A model generated the notes under the pieces. It searched no databases. It was not told where the DNA came from and was given only the letters and a program-made list of their open reading frames with translations. DNA of 42,786 nucleotides, from sequence record SRR20825019_2383. One strand, given 5' to 3'. The first letter of the stretch is position 1, and each line of letters starts with the position of its first letter. The position numbers and the translations under genes were made by a program. Shown here one piece after another: positions 36,220-42,786 of this stretch.

Positions 36220-37662
36220 TTATTCAGCCAGTTTAATACAGTTTCTACCGGCACCTTTGGCAAGATAAAGCGCTTTGTCAGCCCGTTCAATCAAGGTCGC
36301 CATCGTCTCATCTTCGGCAAGCTCGGACAGACCGGCGCTGACCGTCACTGCAAATTTGTTGTCGTCAATATGGAATGTCCAGGCCGAAATTGCCAGACGA
36401 ATCGCTTCGATTCGCTGCATCGCATGGTTCTGGTCGCAGTCAGTGAACATCACCAGAAACTCTTCCCCGCCCCAGCGGCACAACACATCTTCCTTGCGAA
36501 TATGCAACTTAATGATGCGTGCAACGGCTTCAAGCACCTGATCACCATGCTGATGACCATAGCTGTCATTCACCTGTTTAAAATGGTCGATATCGATTAG
36601 TGCCAGTGAAATTGTTTGTTGATTACGGCGTGATTTCGCCAGTGCCTGCTCAAACAGGCTGTCGAACACCTGACGGCTGGCAGCACCGGTGAGCTTATCG
36701 CGGGTCGCCATGGTTTCGAGCCTTCCCTGGTAGCCTCTCAGTGCAAGATGGGCAATGAACAGCACCACGATACTGATTGCGAGAGAGACGAGAATATTGA
36801 TCCACAATGCCGCTTCAATCCGCTCTGAAGCAGGATCGTTTACCTGCTCCACAATCAAGTACCAGTCGAATTCCGGCACCAGGCGGCTGTTGAGATAAAT
36901 GACGTTACCGTTTTTAGCTTCAAATGACACAGAAGCACTGGGTGTGGTCAGAATACGGGTAAATAGCTTATCCAGCCCTTCCTTGTTCTGAATATGCAAG
37001 TCATGGCTGTACTGACTGCTTTGCAGCATGACCTCGCCCTCCCGGTTCACGAAGTAGATTTCACGACCGTAACGCCGCTGATAATTTTCAATCAGCTGCA
37101 CCACACTTTGCATCGACAGACCGACACCGATAAGGCCGATAAACTCACCCTGCTTGTTTTCCACCCGGTAATTGACAAAGATACTCAGGCGACTTTGATC
37201 AGCCGTGTCGTGATCGATATTGATTTCATAATCCTGATTGATATCCCGGGCACGGAAATACCATTCATCGGCAGGCTCGTCTTTAGAAACCTGTTTGATA
37301 ATACCGTCAGGATGATAATAAAGACGGCTTTTTTCAGAAACGAAAAAGGCCGTGATGGTTTCGTACTTATCCTGGATCTGAGCAAGATAGCGCTGCATCT
37401 TGAGAGGGTCCTGCTCACCGCTGGCCACCCAGTCTATGGCAAAAGTATCATTGGCCATCAAGGATGAGATCAAAACCGGTTGCAGCAGATCGCGCTGAAT
37501 TTCAGAATAAATATTATCGCTGGTCAACGGCAGCATTTCCTGCTGCAAACGCTCCGCGATAGAGTCCCGCGCCACAAAATAGCCAATCAGGCTGGTTGCC
37601 AGAAACCCCAGCAATACAATCACACTGATAATGATACTGTAGAGACGTTTGCGGCTTTGCAT
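36220..37662 (-). CDS. Membrane sensor (Cache-like) diguanylate cyclase
   Basis: Two TM helices flanking a periplasmic domain; RDKLTG; RKEDVLCRWGGEEF. Confidence 0.92.
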   Translation of the reverse strand: MQSRKRLYSIIISVIVLLGFLATSLIGYFVARDSIAERLQQEMLPLTSDNIYSEIQRDLLQPVLISSLMANDTFAIDWVASGEQDPLKMQRYLAQIQDKYETITAFFVSEKSRLYYHPDGIIKQVSKDEPADEWYFRARDINQDYEINIDHDTADQSRLSIFVNYRVENKQGEFIGLIGVGLSMQSVVQLIENYQRRYGREIYFVNREGEVMLQSSQYSHDLHIQNKEGLDKLFTRILTTPSASVSFEAKNGNVIYLNSRLVPEFDWYLIVEQVNDPASERIEAALWINILVSLAISIVVLFIAHLALRGYQGRLETMATRDKLTGAASRQVFDSLFEQALAKSRRNQQTISLALIDIDHFKQVNDSYGHQHGDQVLEAVARIIKLHIRKEDVLCRWGGEEFLVMFTDCDQNHAMQRIEAIRLAISAWTFHIDDNKFAVTVSAGLSELAEDETMATLIERADKALYLAKGAGRNCIKLAE

Positions 37663-37802
37663 GGGCCTGACTCAGGAAAAACATCACATGATAGGCAAGC
37701 TGCAGCGCAAATACCAGTCTCAGCACAACAAATTTACTTAAGTTGTTTTGCCACGCTTACTATCCTCGGTGACTGTGACTCCGATGATGCGGCTAGCTTC
37801 AA

Positions 37803-38123
37803 TCAGCGCTCATCTTCATCCGGTAGATGGTAATGTCTGTCGTCGGACTGCTCACCACCGATACGTTTGAAATAAAATACACCGAAAGCAAAACTGACAA
37901 GCAACAGCAGGTAGAACACATCCAGATCATCATCTTTGAACAGACTGAGTAGTGCCCAGGCCGGCGCGATATAAAAAACAATACTGAACACCGCTGCAAT
38001 GGCTCTACCGAACTCTTTAACCGCGCCACGATAGGCGTAGCGACTAAACAAGCCGGTCAGGAAGCCACCGAATATGGCCAGTATCAGATAGAGAATCATG
38101 CCGATCATGCTGACGTTTGACAT
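37803..38123 (-). CDS. Small membrane protein with about three TM helices
   Basis: Hydrophobic ORF, RBS AAGGTG, co-directional with the upstream cyclo-ligase gene. Confidence 0.7.
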   Translation of the reverse strand: MSNVSMIGMILYLILAIFGGFLTGLFSRYAYRGAVKEFGRAIAAVFSIVFYIAPAWALLSLFKDDDLDVFYLLLLVSFAFGVFYFKRIGGEQSDDRHYHLPDEDER

Positions 38124-38155
38124 AAAAGCACCTTCATTTGATTGACTATACCCAA

Positions 38156-38737
38156 TTAGAGCACTGGCGCGTTTTGAGGTTCGGGCATTTGCATGCCAGT
38201 TTCGGTAATGATGCGATTCATCGGAACATCCAGCGCGTGGGGGTGAATGGTTTCAAACCGGCCCATTTCCATACCGACACCAATCGCTTCGATCTTACCG
38301 CTCATATCCGCCAGGGTTCTATCATAGTAGCCGCCACCGTAACCCAGCCGGTAATTGGCTTTATCAAAGCCCACTAATGGCACCAGAAAACGGGTCGGAC
38401 TCAGCCACTCCGGGTTTGCCGGCACCGGAATATTCCAAACGCCGGTGGTCATTGCTGTATCGGGCTGCCAACGGGCAAACGCCAGTTTTCTGGTCTCATT
38501 ATTGATAACCGGCACACTCAAAAGCCACCCGGCTTGTAATAATGACTCCGCCAGTGGACGGCAATCCAGTTCACCTTTTATAGGCCAGTAAAGGCCAATC
38601 ACACCGGGGTCACACTGTGCCAAATAATCAGCGATATGCGCCAGACAGTGTTCCGCTATCTGCCGATGCTCATCCTTAGATAGCGACGCCCTCTCTTCAA
38701 TGAGGCGTCGGCGCTGATTCTGTCGCCAGGATTTCAT
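38156..38737 (-). CDS. 5-formyltetrahydrofolate cyclo-ligase
   Basis: YWPIKGE, VPLVGFD...RLGYGGGYYDR, DVPMNRIITE. Confidence 0.93.
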   Translation of the reverse strand: MKSWRQNQRRRLIEERASLSKDEHRQIAEHCLAHIADYLAQCDPGVIGLYWPIKGELDCRPLAESLLQAGWLLSVPVINNETRKLAFARWQPDTAMTTGVWNIPVPANPEWLSPTRFLVPLVGFDKANYRLGYGGGYYDRTLADMSGKIEAIGVGMEMGRFETIHPHALDVPMNRIITETGMQMPEPQNAPVL

Positions 38738-38805
38738 TCATTAACACCTGTTTTCAACATTAACACTTGACGAAGCTAAAAGTCGTAAATAATATACACC
38801 TTATA

Positions 38806-38828
38806 AATATGCATTTCACATACCTATT
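38806..38828. promoter_or_regulatory. NsrR box upstream of hmp
   Basis: AATATGCATTT-C-ACATACCTATT in 11-1-11 form; the left half matches AANATGCATTT. Confidence 0.7.
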
Positions 38829-38842
38829 TAGGAGGCCGCATA

Positions 38843-40051
38843 ATGAGTCCTGAAACCATCGCTACCATCAAAGCCACTGTACCTGTTCTGCAAGCTCATG
38901 GTGAAGCGCTTACCCGCCTTTTTTATCAGCGGATGTTTGAAAATAATCCTGAGGTCAAGCCGTTCTTCAACCAGGCTCACCAGAAAGCAGGCAGTCAGCA
39001 AAAAGCGCTCGCCGGGGCGATCTGTGCTTATGCTGAAAATATTGATAACCCCACCGCACTGGCAGCCGCGGTCGAATTGATTGCACAAAAACATGCCTCT
39101 CTGGGTATCAGGGCAGAACATTACCCGATTGTCGGCCAGAACCTGCTGGCAGCGATTAAAGAATTACTGGGTGATGCAGCCACTGACGATATCATTAATG
39201 CCTGGGCGGAAGCCTATCAGGTGTTGGCAGATATTTTTATTGAGCGTGAAGCTGAAATATACCGTAGCCATGAGCAGCAACACGGCTGGCGCGGCTTTAA
39301 GCCATTCAAAGTGGTGAAACGTGAAGATAACAGCGCGATCATCAGCTCATTTTATCTGCAACCGGCGGACGCCCAGCCGCTCAATCCACATCAGGCCGGA
39401 CAATACATCAGCATCCGTGTACCCGTAGCTGAAGACAGCGAAACAATGCGGAATTACAGCCTATCGAACAAACCCGGTGAGGATTATTACCGCATCAGCG
39501 TTAAGCGGGAAACCGCTCGCCAGGATGACACGCCGCATGGTGTCGTCTCAAATTTCCTGCATGATCAGCTTGGCGCCGGCGATACCATCTGGGTCGGTCC
39601 GCCCTGTGGCGAATTCACCATTCGCACTCCGGCCGGTAAACCGATGGTGATGATTGCCGGTGGGGTCGGGATTACCCCATTGCTGTCCATGCTGCATGCC
39701 ACTCTGGATAATAATGATGACTCACCGGTCACCTTAATCCAGGCTGCGGCTAACGGTGATGTACTTGCCTTTGCAGATGAAATTGCAGCACTGAAAGACA
39801 GCTATGACAACTTTGACTGGCACATTCGCTATAGTGAGCCGACAGATAATGACCGTTATCTGGGTCGTTTTCATAGTGAAGGTTTGATTGATGAAGACTT
39901 GCTTGCCTCAGTAGATACTGCTGCCGATTTTTACCTGTGTGGCCCCAATGGCATGATGCAACACTGTCATCAGTTGCTGACAAAAGCGGGGGTACCAGCC
40001 GAACAAATTCATCTTGAAGCATTCGGCCCGGCACTTCAGTTGGCAGGCTAA
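38843..40051 (+). CDS. hmp: Flavohemoglobin (NO dioxygenase)
   Basis: Globin (FYQRMF, KHASLG, HYPIVG), RNYSLS, GVVSNFLH, AGGVGITP, FYLCGP, EAFGP. Confidence 0.96.
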   Translation: MSPETIATIKATVPVLQAHGEALTRLFYQRMFENNPEVKPFFNQAHQKAGSQQKALAGAICAYAENIDNPTALAAAVELIAQKHASLGIRAEHYPIVGQNLLAAIKELLGDAATDDIINAWAEAYQVLADIFIEREAEIYRSHEQQHGWRGFKPFKVVKREDNSAIISSFYLQPADAQPLNPHQAGQYISIRVPVAEDSETMRNYSLSNKPGEDYYRISVKRETARQDDTPHGVVSNFLHDQLGAGDTIWVGPPCGEFTIRTPAGKPMVMIAGGVGITPLLSMLHATLDNNDDSPVTLIQAAANGDVLAFADEIAALKDSYDNFDWHIRYSEPTDNDRYLGRFHSEGLIDEDLLASVDTAADFYLCGPNGMMQHCHQLLTKAGVPAEQIHLEAFGPALQLAG

Positions 40052-40082
40052 TTCAGCCTGTGGGGCTCAGGGATGAGCTCAA

Positions 40083-40514
40083 TCAGGCCACATTCAGGCT
40101 TTGCATTAATTTGGATTTATTTTTAACCACATCTTCCAGCGTGTAGCCATCAAGTACATCCAGAAAAGCCCTCTGTGCTTTACGTAATGCACTATAGAGA
40201 ATACAAACATTATCTATCGGACAAGCACACTCGTCACCGAAACACTCCAGCAACTCAAGGTTTTCGGTCTTGCGAATCAATTTGCCGATGTTGATATCGG
40301 CCGGCTGCATTGCCAGTCTCAAACCACCACCACGGCCGCGCTGACTGAGAACGATTTTTTCCTGAACCAGTTTTTGTGCCACTTTTGCCAGGTGATTAGT
40401 GGAAATGCCATAACGCTCGGCAGCATCCTTAACGGTAGCCGGTTTATCGCCGGGATGAATCGCCAAATAAATCAGCAAACGCATCGCGTAATCCGAGTGG
40501 GTGGTGAGCTGCAT
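40083..40514 (-). CDS. nsrR: Rrf2-family NO-sensing repressor
   Basis: MQLTTHSDYAMRLLIYLA, RGRGGGLRL, Cys cluster ECF...CPI...C; adjacent to hmp. Confidence 0.88.
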   Translation of the reverse strand: MQLTTHSDYAMRLLIYLAIHPGDKPATVKDAAERYGISTNHLAKVAQKLVQEKIVLSQRGRGGGLRLAMQPADINIGKLIRKTENLELLECFGDECACPIDNVCILYSALRKAQRAFLDVLDGYTLEDVVKNKSKLMQSLNVA

Positions 40515-40694
40515 TAAAGGACTCCTTTAAACTGCGGTATAGTGTATCCCAATTAAAATCGGTATACTGGATACCGTTTTAATGCTGTTCGCTTTGTTGA
40601 TCTCCATCAAGTTCTGGTAATCACAAGCAAATTTCCCGCCATGAGAAATATAACAAGCCTGAGACAGCGGAAAATTAATAAAATTCTTATATTC

Positions 40695-40765
40695 ACAGTT
40701 CAGACCGGAGAGTGACTCCTCTTCTTCGGTTATTTTTGAGCCTGCCGGACGCAGGCTCTTTTTTT
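40695..40765 (+). ncRNA. Candidate small regulatory RNA (5' end uncertain)
   Basis: Stem-loop with a UGACUCCUC loop, U-rich linker, and strong terminator GAGCCTGC-cggac-GCAGGCTC-T7, with no credible upstream + strand gene. Confidence 0.5.
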
Positions 40766-40873
40766 ATCTATTGCCAGCTAAACGCACATATTCAGGGCAA
40801 GTCGCGCTAATCTGGAGCTTCACGACAAATTCACAGATTCGGTCCAACACTGACTCAAACACAGGAGTCAGTC

Positions 40874-41419
40874 ATGCAACGATATTTCAAATTCGGCCTG
40901 ATTTTATCGGCCTGTCTCAGTCTGTTCGGCTGTCAGAATCTATCCAAACCACCGCTGGATACTGTTGATTATGTCGATATCGAGCGCTTTATGGGCGACT
41001 GGTACGTCATCGCCAACATTCCCACCTTTATAGAAGAGCAGGCGTATAACGCGGTCGAGTCCTACTCCTTAAATGACGACGGGACGATTGCAACCACTTT
41101 TACTTTTCGTGAGGGTAGTTTTGAGGGTGAGCTGAAGACCTATCACCCCAAAGGCTTCGTTGAAAACACTGAAACCAATGCCATCTGGGGTATGCAGTTT
41201 GTCTGGCCGATCAAGGCCGATTACCGCATCGTTTACCTGACTGAGGATTACAGCCAGGTCATTATCGGTCGTAACAAAAGGGACTACGTTTGGATCATGG
41301 CAAGAACACCACAGATTCCGGCTGAAGACTACAAGCACATGCTGAATCTGATTGCTGAGATGGGCTATGACACCAGCAAAGTCCGCAAGGTACCGCAGCA
41401 GTCGTTGGAAAACAGGTAG
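40874..41419 (+). CDS. blc: Outer-membrane lipocalin, Blc family
   Basis: Lipobox LFGC, RFMGDWYVIA, DYRIVYL..DY, YVWIMARTP. Confidence 0.9.
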   Translation: MQRYFKFGLILSACLSLFGCQNLSKPPLDTVDYVDIERFMGDWYVIANIPTFIEEQAYNAVESYSLNDDGTIATTFTFREGSFEGELKTYHPKGFVENTETNAIWGMQFVWPIKADYRIVYLTEDYSQVIIGRNKRDYVWIMARTPQIPAEDYKHMLNLIAEMGYDTSKVRKVPQQSLENR

Positions 41420-41452
41420 TAAAAAGCTATTCTCTGGCCTGTCCGAAAAAGC

Positions 41453-42055
41453 TCAGAGCTTTAAGTCATCCACCGAATTAATCACCGCAGCATATAAATC
41501 CCGGGTTGAAGCCAGCGCTGCTTCATGCACTTGTCTGGCAGGTAGTGTGCTGCCATCAGGAGCATCCAGGCTGCGAGTTGCGGTGGCACTGGCAACCACA
41601 GTGGGGTTATATCCCAGATTAAAACCGCCGTGGGCTGTAGAGTTGACACACATGTGCGTCATAAACCCCGCCAGAATGATATTTTCAATGCCCTGTCCAC
41701 GCAGGTATTCGTCCAGCGGCGTTTGTACAAAGGCGTTGGGAAAATTTTTGGTAATCACGTGTTCGCCATCGACCGGGGCAACTTCTTCTGCTATCTCACC
41801 CAGCGCTGTATTCAGATCATAGGGTGAACCCGCACCACCATCATGCTGAATATGGAACACGGGCACGCCATTATCCCGTGCCATCTGCAGAAGCTTTTGT
41901 GCCTGTTTGAGGGCCGCTTCCACGCCTTCAAGCTGCATTATCCCCTGACGATAGGTGTTTTGACAGTCGATCATAATCAGGGCTGATTCATTCAGTGCCG
42001 ATGGCTGATGTCCCAGCCCGACGATATCTCTCAATGTCGTATTCATTAATGCCAT
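41453..42055 (-). CDS. Isochorismatase-family cysteine hydrolase
   Basis: ALIMIDCQN, TKNFPNAF, GFMTHMCV (D-K-C triad). Confidence 0.9.
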   Translation of the reverse strand: MALMNTTLRDIVGLGHQPSALNESALIMIDCQNTYRQGIMQLEGVEAALKQAQKLLQMARDNGVPVFHIQHDGGAGSPYDLNTALGEIAEEVAPVDGEHVITKNFPNAFVQTPLDEYLRGQGIENIILAGFMTHMCVNSTAHGGFNLGYNPTVVASATATRSLDAPDGSTLPARQVHEAALASTRDLYAAVINSVDDLKL

Positions 42056-42165
42056 CTCCGCTTTTTCCCGACCTTAACACAATCTTATTATGAACACATG
42101 GTGCTTGCATAAATCCGTCCGCCCGTTATTATTCCGCGGGAAGTTATCACCTATCCGGAGCATCA

Positions 42166-42786
42166 ATGCAGCGTGTTCAATCCACATCAACCTTCAGCCT
42201 GACCCGCCTGTTTAATGCGATCAGAAGCAACCGCTTATTCGAGATCATCGTCGTTGGCGTTATTCTGTTTTCCGCCTTGCTGGCCGGCGCCAAAACGTAT
42301 GACATTTCGCCTGCTGTTCTCAATATCATGGTCTGGCTGGATTACACCATCACGCTGTTTTTTCTGGTGGAGATCAGCATTCGTTTTTTTGCCGAAGAAC
42401 GGAAATCGCAGTTTTTCAAAAGCGGCTGGAATATCTTCGATTCCCTGATTGTCATCGTCAGTTTGATCCCCATCGAAGACAGCGAACTGGCTCTGGTGGG
42501 CAGACTGATTCGCATCTTCCGGGTGTTGCGGATGGTCTCGGTAATTCCGGAACTGCGCACCCTGCTCAACTCGCTGCTCAAAGCACTGCCCCAGCTCGGT
42601 TATGTAGCGCTGCTGATGTTTATCATCGTTTATATCTATGCCGCGGTCGGCACCACTTTCTTTGCAAAAATCAATGCGACTTTATGGGGTGATATTACCG
42701 TCTCGATGCTGACCCTGTTCCGGGTGATGACGTTCGAAGACTGGACCGATGTGATGTACGAAACCATGGCGGTGCATCCATTGAGC
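42166..42786 (+). CDS. Bacterial voltage-gated Na+-type ion channel (BacNav family), 3' truncated (absent from the ORF track)
   Basis: Manual translation gives GWNIFD (S3), RLIRIFRVLR (S4) and TLFRVMTFEDWTD (pore); RBS GGAG; no stop before the window end. Confidence 0.92.
   Translation, partial: MQRVQSTSTFSLTRLFNAIRSNRLFEIIVVGVILFSALLAGAKTYDISPAVLNIMVWLDYTITLFFLVEISIRFFAEERKSQFFKSGWNIFDSLIVIVSLIPIEDSELALVGRLIRIFRVLRMVSVIPELRTLLNSLLKALPQLGYVALLMFIIVYIYAAVGTTFFAKINATLWGDITVSMLTLFRVMTFEDWTDVMYETMAVHPLS

Noticed and set aside
37672-37686. TCAGGAAAAACATCA as a third copy of the pqqA operator
   Set aside because: The right half-site is broken, it abuts the DGC ribosome-binding region, and the +19/+45 elements are absent.
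38738-38842. 6S RNA upstream of 5-formyl-THF cyclo-ligase, as in ssrS-ygfA
   Set aside because: Only 105 AT-rich bp, too short for a roughly 180-nt rod structure.
40641-40715. 24-aa ORF MRNITSLRQRKINKILIFTVQTGE as owner of the 40738-40765 terminator
   Set aside because: No Shine-Dalgarno and no recognisable features; kept only as an alternative to the sRNA model.
528-42581. Many overlapping or antisense ORFs in the track (e.g. 17478-18182, 20755-21339, 41352-41822, 42215-42448)
   Set aside because: They shadow well-supported genes and have no recognisable motifs.
1-42786. CRISPR array, IS elements, REP families
   Set aside because: No regularly spaced repeats or transposase ORFs seen; the intergenic hairpins share no common sequence.

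Overview
Bacterial chromosomal window with a mix of housekeeping and accessory genes, probably from a halotolerant methylotrophic gammaproteobacterium (Methylophaga-like). That assignment is inferred from a Fae homologue, two pqqA genes and ectD. The window opens in the 3' part of tRNA-Val(TAC) and ends inside a bacterial voltage-gated Na+-type channel gene. It carries ectD, envelope genes (mltF, mtgA, opgD-like, LTA-synthase-family sulfatase, lipoproteins, MscS, blc) and five c-di-GMP-domain proteins. It also has an Aer-like MCP, a TonB receptor with a Fur box, pcm, a Mut7-C RNase, a cold-shock gene, ohrR-like, and hmp with nsrR. I saw no integrase, transposase or CRISPR array. Four signals lie outside the ORF track. 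(1) Two stand-alone pqqA paralogues about 5 kb apart share an identically spaced upstream palindrome and promoter module. (2) A candidate Hfq-type sRNA lies between nsrR and blc, and its loop is complementary to the RBS of both neighbours. (3) An unannotated 46-aa microprotein carries CxxCxxxC-x5-C. (4) A sigma54 promoter with paired enhancer palindromes precedes a DUF4168-like gene. All family calls come from motif recognition; no database searches were run.
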